Shown here piece by piece: positions 14,762 through 27,517 of a DNA stretch of 64,000 bases. The notes beneath the pieces were generated by a model. That model was not told the origin of the DNA and ran no database searches. It saw nothing but the letters and a program-made list of their open reading frames with translations. This DNA is from the human T2T-CHM13v2.0 reference genome, Homo sapiens, in the NCBI RefSeq assembly GCF_009914755.1, contig NC_060926.1; one strand, written 5' to 3'. Each line of letters starts with the position of its first letter. Position 1 is the stretch's first letter. The translations under genes were made by a program, and so were the position numbers.

Positions 14762-17700
14762 GTCAGTTGGTAGTAGATGTGTGGATTTATTTCTGGGCTA
14801 TTTTGTTCTGTTGATCTATGAGTCTGTTTCTATATCGATACCATGCTGTTTGGTTACCATAGCTTTGTAGTATATTTTGAAATCAGGTAGTGCAATGCTT
14901 CAAGCTTTGTTTTTGTATGTTTGTCTTTTTAAAAAAAAACAACAACACAAGATTATTTTGATTATTCAGGGTCTTTTTTAGTTCCATATGCATTTTAAGA
15001 GTTTAAAAAATATATTTCTGTGAGGAATGTCATTAGTAGTTGATAGACATGGTATTGAACATACAAATCACTTTGGCTGGTATGGACATTTTAACAATAT
15101 TAATACTTCTAATTCATAAACAAAGTATTTTTTTACTATTCGTTTCCTCTTCGGTTTCTTTTATCAGTGTTCTACAGTTTTCATGTAGAGATCTTTCACT
15201 TCCTTGGTTAAATTTATTTCTAGGTATCTTTTTTCTTTTGTAACTATTGGATTTTTTTTCATTTTTTTTCTAGATTGATCACTGTTAGTTTATAAAAATT
15301 CTACTGATGTTGTGTGTTGATTTGTATCCTGCAATTTCACTGAATAAGTTTATTAGCTAAGAAATTTTTGTGGAGTCTTTGGGTGCTTCTAAATATAAGA
15401 TTATATCATCTGCAAAAAAAAAAAAAAGAGAGAGAATAATTTGACTTATTCCTTTCCAGCTTGGATGCCCTTTATTTCTTCCTCTGGCCTAATTTTTCTG
15501 TCTACGATTTCTGGTATTGTGTTGAATAGAGTTGATGAAAGTGGACATCCTTGTCTTGTTTCAGACCTTAGGGGAAAGGCTTACAAATTTTTACCATTTC
15601 ATATAATATGACCTGAGGTTTTCTCATATATGATCTTTATTGTGTTGAGGTACATAGTTTCTATACCTAATTTGTTGAGAGCTTTTGTTATGAAAGAATG
15701 TTGAATTTTGAAAAGTGCTTCCTCCGCTTCTATTGACATGATCATAAGTTTTTATCCTTCATTCTGTTAATGTGATGTATCACATTTGTTAATTTGCATA
15801 TGTTAAGCCGACCTTACATTTCTGGAATAAATCTCACTTGATAATAAGCGAATGATCTTTTTAATGTGTTGTTGAATTCATTTTACTCATATTTATTTTG
15901 AGAATTTTTGCATTTATGTTTTCTTTTCTTCTTGTATCCTTGTCTAATTTTGATAGCATTGTAATGTTGGACTTGGTGGTTTCTTCAGATCTGCATTTTC
16001 TATTTTTTCATAAGTCCATCATGGTAGGTTGTATGTGTCCAGGAATTTATCCATTTCTTTTAGGGTTTCCAATTTTTCAGACAGTAATTGTTCATAATAT
16101 TCTATTATGATTTTTTGTATTTCTGTGGTAAGAGTTTTAATGTTACCTTTTTCTTCCTTGATTTCATTTGAGTCATTTCTGTTTTTTTCGTCTTCTAACT
16201 AAAGGTTTTTTCCATTTTGTTTATTTTTTTAAACTAACTCTTGTTAATATTTTGTACTGCTTTTTAGTCTCGATTTCATTTATTTGTTCTCTGATCTTTA
16301 CAGTTTCTTTTCTTTTATTAATTTTGTATTTAATCTGCTTTTATTTTTGTATTTCCTTGAGTAATGATGCTAAATATTTTATTTGTGATCTTTCTACTTT
16401 TTTGATATAGGTGTTTATTGCTATACCTTTCCTCTTACAACTATTTTGCTGTACTCTATAAGTTTGGTTGGTATATTGTATTTTCATCTGTGTTTGTCTC
16501 AAGAAACTTGAATTTCTCTTTTAATTTCTTTATTGAACCATGGGTTTTCAGTAGAATGTTGTTTAATTTCTATGTATTGTAAAATTTCTGAAGTTTCTTC
16601 TGTTATTGATTTCTAATTTTATACCATTGAGGTCAGAAAATACTTGATGTAATCTTTATCTCCTTGACTCTGTAAAGACTTTTTTTTGGCTTAGTATATA
16701 ATCTATCCTGGATAATGTACTATGTTAGCTGAGAAGAATGTGTATTCTACAGCTGTTGGATAGATTGTTCTGTAAATGTCAATTAGGCCCATTTGGTGCA
16801 GAGGGCAGTTTAAGTTTGATGTTTCTTTGTTGATTTCCTGTCTAGATGATCTGTCCATTGTTGAAAATGGGGTGTTGAAATCCCCTATTATCATTATATT
16901 GAGGTTCATCACTCCCTTTAAATCTAATAACATTTTCTTTATATAGTTGGCTGTTCTGGTGTTGTGTGGATATCTATTTACAAATGTTATATTATCTTGC
17001 TGAATAAATCCACTTATCTTTATGCAGTGAGTTTCTTTGTCTCTTTTTACAGTTTTTGACCCAAAATATATTTTATTTCATATAAATCTAGCTACTGCTG
17101 CTCACTTTTGGTCTTTATTTTCACGGAATATCTTTTCCATCTCTTCACTTTCAGTCTGTGCAGTGCTTACCAGTGAAGTGATTCTCTTGTAGAGAGAATA
17201 TACTATATATAATTGTAGAGAGAATATACTACATGTGCTTCTTGTACATATAGGCAGCATATAATTGGGTTTCAGGGCTTGGTTTTTTTTACCCATCCAG
17301 CCAGTTTACATCTTTTGACTGGATAATTTAATCCACTTACATTTAAGGTTATTATTGATAGGTAAGGACTTACTACTGCCATTTTGCTAATTGTTTCCTG
17401 GGATTTTTTAAATAGATCTTTTGGTATTTTCTTCCTCTCTAATTGTTTATTATTGTTTAGCTTTGTGGTTTGGTATTTTTCCGTGTTGCTAAACTTTTAT
17501 TCCTTTCTCTTTCTCATCATTGTATATGCTGCAATTTCTTTCTTTGTAGTTACTGACAAGCTAACATAAAGAAACCTGTAGTTATAATAGACTTATGTAA
17601 TCCAATAATAACTTAATTTTGGTTAAATGAAAATGTTTTAGACTTTTATCCTGCCCTCATAATTTATATTTGTTATTCTAAATTTACATCTTTATGTATA

Positions 17701-19078
17701 GTGTGTTTCTTAGCAACTGATTGTAGCTCTAATCATTTTTGACCATTCTGACTTGTAACCTCTATGGTAGAGGTTTGAAAGATTTACATAGCATGATTAT
17801 GGTACTGAAGTATCCTGTTTGATTATAAGTTTAGCTCTACTAGTGGGTTTTTTACTTTCACATGTTTTCATTACAGGAATTATCATCCTGAGAATTAGCT
17901 GCTGATAAGTATTCTTACAGCCTAAAAAATATTCTGATAGTCTAATATTCTTATAGTCTTTTCTTATATGTGACTTGACACTTTTGCTACTTTAAGAATT
18001 CTTTCCTTGTCTTTGACTTTTGACTGTTTGCTTATAATGTGCCTTTGTGACCTTTGTGAGTTGTATGTATTCATGGATCTTTGAGCATCCTTGATCTGGA
18101 TGCTCATATCTCACCCAACAATTGTCTCTTCAACAAGACCTTTATCAAATATATGATTAACAAATATTTTCTCCCATTTTTTAGATTTTGTTACAAAAAA
18201 AAAATCCTGCAGGCCAAACAGGTCCTCAGTCCACTTTGGGTAGCTGGCTGAAGCAGCTTTTGTAGGCAGAGAAGTTTTTGTTTGTTTGTTTGTTTGTTTG
18301 TTTGTTTGTTTTCTGTAGATGAATCCCAGGGTGTCTGTTGGGTATGGCACATGACTTTGGCTTTGGTGAATGTAGCAGTGTAACCTACATGCCGTTTCTT
18401 CACCTATAATACACAACAGCAATGTCTGTGAATGCCTCATTGGCCTAGATTACAGGAGTTAATTGTGTCTGTGGCATAGTCTTATTGGGTATAAGGTGCC
18501 AGTTTGGTTCTCAAGCTGGAGGTGTACGTGCATGGCAGTTCAGATGGCTCTAGAGTGGGCTTGGTGCAGACCACTGGGCTAGTTCTCCAGCTGGGGTTGC
18601 ACATGCATGGCAGTTCATTTGGCTGAGGGGCAGGCTTGCCAGAGATAGAGTTACTGGGCTGATTTTCAGGATGGGGATGCTTGCTCATTTTGGTTCAGCC
18701 AGCCCAGGGTTGGCCTCAACACTGTGAAGAACCACTTGTTCCTGTGGACATAGTATTGTGTGGGCTCAGGCACCAGAGTGACAGACATTTATCTGAGCTT
18801 AGGCTCCAAGAAGTCAGTGTCATGGCACTGCAACCACCTGTGTGAGCATGATGAAATAATGGTGAGCACTCAGGGATGAAGAGACACAATGGCAACTGGC
18901 CCCCAGAGCAGGGAGCCCTCTAACAGTGACTCTGGTTTCAAGATGATACCATGATGTAGCTGCTTTCTTCCACAAAGGGTAGTGGGGTGCATAATGTGGG
19001 CTTTACTCTGGAGCAATGCATCCATGTCAACTTCAGGCAGCTCCCCAAAGTGGACTGAGGGCCTGTGAGTTCTGCAAG
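14762..19078 (-). mobile_element. L1MA/L1M-type LINE-1 (ORF2 RT to EN, ORF1 remnant, part of 5' UTR) with internal deletions
   Basis: EN motif IIGDFNTPFSTMDRSSRQEINKETSNLN...YTFFS (16703-16933, -); RT-region reverse motifs at 15400-15600; GC-richer 5' UTR-like sequence at 18320-19078. Confidence 0.85.
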
Positions 19079-19150
19079 ATATTTTTGTAACAAAATCTAA
19101 AAGTGAGGGAAAATATTTGTTAATCATATATTTAATAAAGTCTTACTGAA
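18129..19150. repeat. Imperfect inverted repeat, arms 18129-18253 and 19031-19150
   Basis: Reverse complement of 19031-19150 aligns by eye to 18129-18253 at roughly 85% identity; ~780-bp spacer. Confidence 0.9.
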
Positions 19151-19647
19151 TGTTTTTGTCCCCTTAAATTCCATATGTTAAAATGTTAAAGTCTGAATCT
19201 CTGATCCCAATAGTATTTGGAAGTAGGACCTTTGGGAGTTAATCAGGTTTAGATGAAGTCAGGTGAAACTCTGTTGGTGAGATCAGCACCCTTACAAGAA
19301 AAGAAATAAATCAGAGCCCTCTGTCTCTTTATCATGTAAGGACAGAGCAAGAAAGTTACTGTCTGTAATCAAAGGGGACCCTCACCAGATACCAAATCTG
19401 CCAGCACTTTGATCTTGGACCTTCCAATACTGGAAGTGAGAAAAATATTTGTTATTTAAGCTGACGAGTGTGTGGTATTTTGTTACAGCAGCCTAACAGG
19501 CTAAGGTAGTTCTAGTATCCAGAATACATAAAGAACTCTTACAACCTAATATAAAAAGGACAAATAATAATTGACAACGACTTGAATACACGTTTCCAAA
19601 TGCAAATAGCCCAAATGTACATAAAAAGATGACAAATATCATTAGTG
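19085..19647 (+). mobile_element. L1MB/MC ORF2-end fragment split by an MLT1A LTR
   Basis: 'gggaaaatatttgttaatcatatatttaataaag|...|ctagtatccagaatacataaagaactcttacaac' rejoins into the WEKIFANHISDKGLVSRIYKELLQ region. Confidence 0.7.
19146..19508 (+). mobile_element. MLT1A/MLT1A0 MaLR solo LTR
   Basis: 'ctgaatgtttttgtcccc...catatgtt', 'aaatctgccagcactttgatcttggacctt', 'tgtggtattttgttacagcagcc...ctaaggta'; ~360 bp. Confidence 0.8.
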
Positions 19648-19649
19648 TA

Positions 19650-19953
19650 TTTTCCTTTCTTCCTTCTTTTTCTCTTTTCTTCATTCCTCCCTGCCTTCTT
19701 TCCTTCCGTTTATCTTCCTTTTCTTTCTTCCCTCCCTTTCTTCTTTCTTTCCTGTCTTTCTTCCCTCCTTTTTTCCTTCTCTTCTTTCCTCCCTTTCTTC
19801 TCCTCTGTTCTCTTTCTCTTTTTTCCTCTTTTTCTTCCTTCCTTCCTTCTTTCCTTCCTTTTTCCTTTATTTCTTCCTTCTTTCCTTTCTTTCTTCCTTT
19901 TCCTTTTTTTCCTTCCTTCCTGACTTCTCTCCATCTCTTTCCTTCTTTCTTTC
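19650..19953. repeat. Polypyrimidine (TTCC/TTTC)n low-complexity tract
   Basis: ~300 bp almost all C/T on +; explains the F/S/L-rich and K/E/R-rich pseudo-ORFs. Confidence 0.92.
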
Positions 19954-20747
19954 GTTAATATTTTCTTTGTTTTTGGTGGGAATTGAGTCTTTTTTTTTTT
20001 TTTTTTTTGCTCTTTCATAAGTCAGACCTTATGAAAGTGTAGTCTCCAGGACAAGAGAATCACACAGAGCTTAAATTCATGGACCAAAATCTAGGGATTA
20101 CCAGGAAAGAAGGTAGAACTGCAGTTGGGATGCATGTAGAGAAAGATGAGGGTGAGTCGTTGATCAAAGCCAGCAAATAAAAGTGAAAGTTTAAAGCGCA
20201 ATCACTTTCTGAGACTTTAATGAAATGACAAGGATGTAATCCTTGAGTTCATTGAATTGAATTAAAAATCCAATAGTCAAGTTTCATACTGCAGGCAAAT
20301 CATGCATATAATGTTTATATATTTGTTTAACATCTCTCCAGGGTCTATGATATGAGATCTGACTTCTGTGAGGCCAGGTGCAAAAACTGGTAAAAGTCAT
20401 ACAGTTCACCAAAACATGGAAAAGAGCCATTAAAAAAGTGTAATTACCTTATATTGTCCACAATATTATCTTTACTTATACATCATTGTTCAAGAAGGAA
20501 AGAGGACTAAGGGAGTTCCACAAGCAGCTGTGGAAAGGAAGCAATTTAGTCATAATGTATTTTGTTGTTATCAGCTGACGTCATCCAAAATCAATAAATA
20601 AATCAAAACTATAATTTTTGAAATTACATTTATCCAAACTGATTCTTAAAGAAAAATAATTCAATATTTCTCCAAAGTCTGCCAACTGTTACCAACTTGT
20701 TCATTTTTGTTTCAAAACTAAATTAGATAAGCTTTGTAATAAAAAGG

Positions 20748-21042
<295 letters not shown>

Positions 21043-22309
21043 TAATGAAAAGTTTTAAACTTATATTTCTGCATGTATCAGTTTCATAAATGGAATGGCA
21101 GTTGTTGACTACCCTTCATAAAATATGAGGAAATTAGCACATTTACAATTCTTCCCACTTGTTCTACCCCCACACCTCCTGGTTTTATGGGCGTCAAATG
21201 AGATTTTTTTGCCTAAAGCATTAATTGTTAAACTATTTTTATGTCTTATGACTATTATTTTAAGAACTGTAACATTTACACTGTGTATTATATGACAGTT
21301 GTACAAACTTGATTTCATTTTTAAATGAAAAAATGTTGTCTGTAAATTCTTTCATATGCAAATTTCTAAGTTTTCTTTGAACGGAATTTATTTTTTAATC
21401 ACAACTTGAAGTGCATATTTGCTAGTTTAGTTTTGTTTTCCTCAGGACAAATCAGTTTTAATAAAGAAATTAGTTTTTTTTTCATAGCTGAGGTGTCTTT
21501 GCCTTGAATTTGCATGTCTACGACAGCTTACCTATATATTGATATCTAAATTCAACACAGATTTCTTTTCAAAGTCAAAGACTATATTCTAGCTTATTCT
21601 GGAATATGAATATGATGTTGTTGAGTAGAAGTTTGAGAGTATCCTAATTTTTTTTACTTTAATATTTTGGTTCATTATTACATGTTTGTAGGATTTTTTT
21701 TAACTGTGCTTAAAATTAAATACTCAACAACATAACCCCATGCCTGTTAACCTCCATCTATCTTGGGGACGTACTAGACTATGTTTATCTACAAATCCCT
21801 TTAGCATAGAAATTTGTTTCTCTAATTTCATTTTATAAAATTACCCTTTTTGTAATCATGTTCTCTGTTTGAGAAGCTCCAAGTTTATAAATTGTTTGTC
21901 TTCCTTGGAGCACTTCACTACTTTCAATGCCATATACTTTTTTTGGTCTACATTTTTAAATTTTAACTTTTATCTATTGATTCATTGAATTAATATTTCA
22001 ATTGTTTTCCTTTAGAGAGTAAAATAGTTTCTGCTTAGAATTATGTGATTTTCTAGAGCTGATTTTTTTTCTAACTATATTCATCTCTAAAAATTCACTT
22101 AGTATTTTTTTCCTTTTCTTTTCAAAAAGGATTTTCAAGGTCTTATGGTTTATTGGTTTACATTATTTGTTTATCTTTGAGTAGAAACATTTCTATTCAA
22201 GTCTCCTTTTTTTCTCTGAAAAGATTCTTCTTGGTTCTTTTGTTTACCATTGCATCGTGTCAATAATTCCTTTGGAAACACAACTATAGTACAAGGCCAT
22301 GAATTTCTA

Positions 22310-23265
22310 AATTATATAGGGCAATGCTGTCAGGTACAACAAATAAAGCCCAACATTTCAACAGATCAAACAGAAGTTTGTTTCCTGCTAACATAACAAT
22401 CCAATGTGGGCCTTCCTGGTCACAGGAACCTGAGGGACCTAGACTCCTTCCATCTTATAGCCATCCTGTTCCCAAAGGCTGTATAGTTTATTCATCCTTT
22501 ATTCAGATGGATAAAAAGAGGAAGTAGAGATTCAGCTGCTGCTAAAAATGCCCTGTCCTAGAGTGACACTCATTAAATTCCTTAACACTTTATTGACAAA
22601 ATTAGTCCCAAAATGACACCTAGAAATGAGGGTGGGGTGGGGGGCTGGTAAGTGTGATGTCTGCCTGGGCAACTTCTTTACATGTATTTCTCTATGTAAT
22701 AGGAGAGAGACAGCACATGTTGATGAACAGCTACCATTTTGTCATATTCTGTCCCTCTGACAGAATTATCAGTGAAGATCCTTCTCACATGTAATACCTA
22801 TTTAACCCTCTCTAAGGAAGACAACTCAAAGCCCCATCTAGTCACAACATCCAGCTCTGGGTGTAGGCTGTCTGGGTGATGTGCAGTCTTCCCCTTCAGT
22901 TCTGTGTGTGGTTGTTTGTGGTCTTGACAAGTCACTCCTCCACCACAGTGGTAGAAAGAAGACAAAGTAAGTGCAATGAAAGTTCCCATTCAGAAAAGGG
23001 AAGCATAGGAAACATAAGCATCACGTATCCAGCATAACACCTGCTGGACAGGTGACATGAAGAGCCTTTGTCCTGGCAATGCTGAGCGATGGGAGATCCT
23101 TGTTTAGATGCTGGCTCTGCTTCCTGGGAACAACTACCTTGTCCAGGGCTCTCCATATGGCCTCTGCCTTGCCTTCATGGATATGCTGCCTTGTTTCTTC
23201 CCCAGCCATCTCTGTGGTGGCCCCTAGGAAATATGCATTTATTGGACAATATACTGCTCGCTCCT
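22310..23265 (-). mobile_element. Ancient MaLR (MLT1J/K/L-like) LTR plus internal fragment
   Basis: 'gacctagactccttccatctt', 'gatgaacagctaccattttgtcata', then MLT-int-like 'gtcacaacatccagctc...gtctgggtgatgtgcagtc'. Confidence 0.5.
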
Positions 23266-23876
23266 TATGCCAGCTAGTAAGGAATTGTTCCTCAGTTGAC
23301 TCCTGCCCTTCTATTTCCTGTCTATGATACTGATCTTGGAACTACACAAACCAAATTTCTGTTTTGCCAGCTGAGCCCTTGTTATTCTCTGCCAATAACG
23401 ACACTAAAGATAAGTTGTTAGGAAAAAGGAGAGAGAAGAGACTTCCTCTTTACTGTCTGCATGCCACACTAATGATTTTTCACCACAGCTACAGTAGTTC
23501 CTTCCTATATGACAGCTGAATATAGTTTGGGCTTTGTCTAATACTTGAAGAATTAGCTAAGTTGCACATCCCTCAGAGGCACAAGCACCAGCTGAGCAGC
23601 TCCTCAGGGTCACAGGTCTGAGTTTTATTGCTCAATAAATCCCCTTCACAAAACTTCTGAGATTAAAAAAATTCAAACTCTTTCCTTTGCTTCTCTATCT
23701 CTAGTGATAGTAGCTGCTCCCTGAAGTGACTATCTGAGATATCTTGGTCCTAATCTCTTTTAAATCCTTTAAGTTAGCCAGTTAACAACTTTATACTTGA
23801 TTAGTCATTCTTTATATATTCTCTAGTAAAATAACTCCTGTGATTTTCATTTCTTGCCTGGGCCCTACCTAATATA
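23266..23876 (+). mobile_element. ERVL LTR (LTR41/LTR33 group), 5' LTR of the adjacent ERVL internal region
   Basis: Starts 'tatgccagctagtaaggaattgttcctcag'; ends 'gttaacaactttata...aaaataactcctgtgattttc...gggccctacctaatata', followed by a tRNA-Leu PBS-like 'aatttgtgccagaagaggt'. Confidence 0.6.
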
Positions 23877-25900
23877 GACAATTTGTGCCAGAAGAGGTAG
23901 TAGGAAAAACAACCTCTACAATGGAGTTTGGAAACATAGGTTGGGTTCCATTCCTGTATTTATACACAACGTTGACTCTTTAATAAAGTTTTATGGTATT
24001 CTGCTAATCCATGGAATATCATAGCACTATGATTAACCAAACTTTCATCTGTGTTTGAATGCAATAAAGTCTAACTAGAGAAGGTAACTTGGGTAATCAA
24101 GGGGCTGCTACTATTGACTCATGGCAGTTGTGATGAATGAAACGCTGGTGCAGGGTCAGTTCTCATAATTACTCTGGAGCATCTTCAGAAAGGGAATAAC
24201 AAGCTCAGGTCACTAACCTGCTGGCTCAAGTCACAGAGAACCAGAGTTCTTCTAAGAAAACCCTACACATGACCTTATTTCTTGTGGCCACAGACATAAT
24301 TTTGCTGAAAATCAAAACCAAAATTGAATTGTGTGGGTTATAGAATCATGATGTATCCTGAATTCACAGCCTCACCAACCTTTCATGTAGAAGTTAGAGC
24401 ATTCCTAAAACTTGGAATAGGATCATCTGGTTGGATTCACGTGAAGCAAGGAATCTTGGAATCTAAGTCATTCAGTTTTCCTTGCATATAGAGAGAGCAT
24501 TCCCCTTTCAAGGCTGAGAAGATTAGCCCTCCTGTTCTTGACCATCCTGTAATAAATTTACATAGGCCAGTTGCTTTATATTTAGATATTAATTTTCCAG
24601 AAGATACCACCTTAACAACAGTTTATTGCCACTGGACCAACAACAAGGGTCAGATGTAAGGATATTCCAGGGGTCAAGTACAAACTCTGATCTAGTAGGA
24701 GGCAATGTATACACCTAAAGTATTGCAAGCCATTATTAACTTAAATGAGAAGAAACCCAAGGAATATGTATGCAATGCATTCAAAGGGTGTTAGATGGAG
24801 GAGACAGACCGCAACAGGTTACGGTCAGTTGATAGAATAATAATGCCAGCAGCTAGGAATTATGTCTATTTTATTGACGTGAATGCACTTACTAAGGACT
24901 CTGGAAATGGCTCAAACATTTTAGTTGGTTAATTGATTGAAACTTATACTTAAAAATGACTGATAGTTAATGCAGTTACAATGTCAGAACTTCCTTTGCA
25001 AAACATAGAAAAAGAAAACAAACAGCTATTGGAGACAGAAACGTTGGAAGGTATTGATCACATGCATCCTCTACTTCATTCCCCAAGACAGCCCAGAGAC
25101 CACTCCATTCACTAAAGCATTGAAAAATCCTTTAGTGAAGGGACAATCAATGTTCTTGGAAAGCTCTGTAGTGTTGTCTTGTCTTGGCCTGGGGTTACTA
25201 TGTCAAAGGGCACTAGTAAACTTATCAATTTCAATGGGAATGACAAGATCTCAGAGTAGCAGGTCCCAATTGACAGTGTTTAGCTATTAAAGACATGGCC
25301 AATGCATTTATCTTAATGGTTAGCAGAGATGAAGTAGTTGTCAGAATGTTTTGAAGAGCAGAGTGACCGGCAGTAGCTACTTTTATGACAGCAATCCCAG
25401 GAATTAGATAGATGAGTATTTCCCGATATAACAGGAGAATTCCAGTCTGGTGTCCAGAAATGTGGATTGAGTCACACAACAGAGAATCACACTTTCTCAC
25501 CCTATTTTCAAACTTAAGCTACTTTGCAGATCAGAGCCTCTTGATTATAGAGAGGCCAATTCCCTTCTCTTTTTATCTGTGTCATTGTAAATCAACCTCC
25601 AATCCTTTGTCTAAGGAGCCTGTGGCCAATTACTTGAGTGACCATGCCTAAGGAAAAAGAACTATGTAGATCTTCTGGAGATTGCTGGACAATGGTTCTA
25701 TGTCACTACTCCCTGGGTACTGGAACCTGGCTATTGTGATCCACAAATTACAATGGAGCTTATGATAGAATTTTAACCCAAGTTTAAATAAAACAAGTAT
25801 AGTAGGTCTGCAGATCCCTTCTGTGGTTCTTTCCCCAGTTTCTGAATGCATACCTAGAGTACTCATTCTTAAAAAAAAAAAAAAAGGCAGAATGCCCACA
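23877..25900 (+). mobile_element. ERVL internal region (degraded gag and protease)
   Basis: ERVL gag-like 'aataacaagctcaggtc', 'aagaaacccaaggaatatgtatgcaatgcattcaaagggtgttagat', 'ccagagaccactccattcactaaagc'; protease active-site remnant LLDNGS (from LLDTGS) at 25682-25699. Confidence 0.75.
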
Positions 25901-26339
25901 TTAAATCATAGGATTTTTACACTGGGAACATGTTCTCTCCAACAATCTATTTCTGTCAGGAGCAATGTAGGCGTTTGATCTAGTTGCTTCCAATCTATTC
26001 AAAGTCCGAGGAACCAAGGTGAAAATTACAACTTAGACCTAAGCTAAGGTCTTAACCCTTTTTTTTCCTCCCCTACCCCATAGGCCTTAACGAATAGGTC
26101 ACATAGGTTATGTAAAAGAAATAGGCCATAATGAGAAGGGAACACTCTTAATCTGACTTGCTATTTACATTATAGCAGGAAAATATTTTACTAAATATTT
26201 TACCCTTTTATTAAAACAGGCTTCCAAATTTAACATCTGTGATACTTTTCTCCTTGCTGGAGGAGAGGGTATGAGGAGCTTTGACTGGGGCATAGGCCCC
26301 TACCACCTGGGTATCCTGGCTATTCTTTCAATGCCTGGG

Positions 26340-26640
26340 TCAAGAGCTGGTAAAAGTGTGGTATCTAAAAGATGGAGAATGCTGTGGCCTACAGAAACCT
26401 AGAACTGGGGGCTATTCAGTGGAGAAAGTATGCCCTATAGCGGCCAAGTACGTGAGTTACTCTAGAGCAATGAAGTGAAAGCCCTTCTCTCCTTCAGTGT
26501 TTCTCTTGTACTTTCTACTCAGAGGATTGACATTGGACCACTGGTAGGAAAAATATTTTCAGGACCTAGCTTTATCATGACAAAAAAAGCCAAAAATATT
26601 GAATTTATAGTTGAGAGACAATGAGTTGATAACTGGCATA
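26340..26640 (-). mobile_element. ERVL LTR fragment (LTR33-like)
   Basis: Reverse complement starts 'tatgccagttatcaactcattgtctctcaactataaattc', the LTR33/41-type 5' end. Confidence 0.5.
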
Positions 26641-26820
26641 GCTGGTATTAACACATCACTTCTGTTCATACAACACAGGCAAAAAAACTAGTCACATGGC
26701 AACATTTAGACAGGAAGATACCAGGAAAATATAGTTCCTGGGTGGGCAGCCATTTCTCAGCAAATGCAATGCATGAAATCCAAAGTTGGGATTTTGATGG
26801 CAGCAACCACCTCTACAATT
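26641..26820 (-). mobile_element. MLT1 (J/K/L-like) LTR fragment
   Basis: 'cacatcacttctgttcat...aactagtcacatggcaacatttagac...aaatatagttcctgggtgggcagcca'. Confidence 0.5.
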
Positions 26821-26896
26821 CACGCTATCCATCTTCTCATCAGTTTTTGTGGGAGTCGAGAAAAATCTGAGATTTAGAAATCTTTATCTACATTCA

Positions 26897-27517
26897 TTTT
26901 TTTAAATTATTTTTTATTTTACTTTAAATTCTGGAATACATGTGCAGAATGTGCAGGTTTGTTACATAGGTATACATGTGCCATGGTGGTTTGCTGCACC
27001 TATCATCCCGTCACCTAGGTTTTAAGCCCCGCATGTATTAGGCATTTGTCCTAATGCTCTCCATCCTCTTGCCCTCCCACACCCTGACAAGCCCCTGTGT
27101 CCATGTGTTCTCATTGTTCAACTCCCACTTATGAGTGAGAATATGTGGTGTTTGGCTTTCTGTTCTTGTGTTAGTTTGCTGAGAATGATGACTTCCAGCT
27201 TCATCCATGTCCCTGCAAAGGACATGACTTCATTCTTTTTTATGGCTGCATAGTATTCCATGGTGTATATGTGTCACATTTTCTTTATCCAGTCTGTCAT
27301 TGATGGGCACTTGGGTTGGTTCCAAGTCTTTGCTATTGTAAATAGTGCTGCAGTAAACATACATGTGCATGTGTATATATACATACATGTACATGTGCAT
27401 GTAGAATGATATATAATCCTTTGGGTATATACCCAGTAATGAAATTGCTGGGTCAAATGGTATTTCTGGTTCTAGATCCTTGAGGAATTACCACACTGTC
27501 GTCCACCATGGTTGAAC
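26897..27517 (-). mobile_element. L1PA8-like 5'-truncated 3' end
   Basis: T-rich tail, 'catggtggtttgctgcacctatcatcccgtcacctaggttttaagcccc', ORF2 C-terminus MFTAALFTIAKTWNQPKCPSMTDWIKKM. Confidence 0.88.

Noticed and set aside
19629-20018. F/S/L-rich and K/E/R-rich ORFs
   Set aside because: Translations of the CT-rich low-complexity tract
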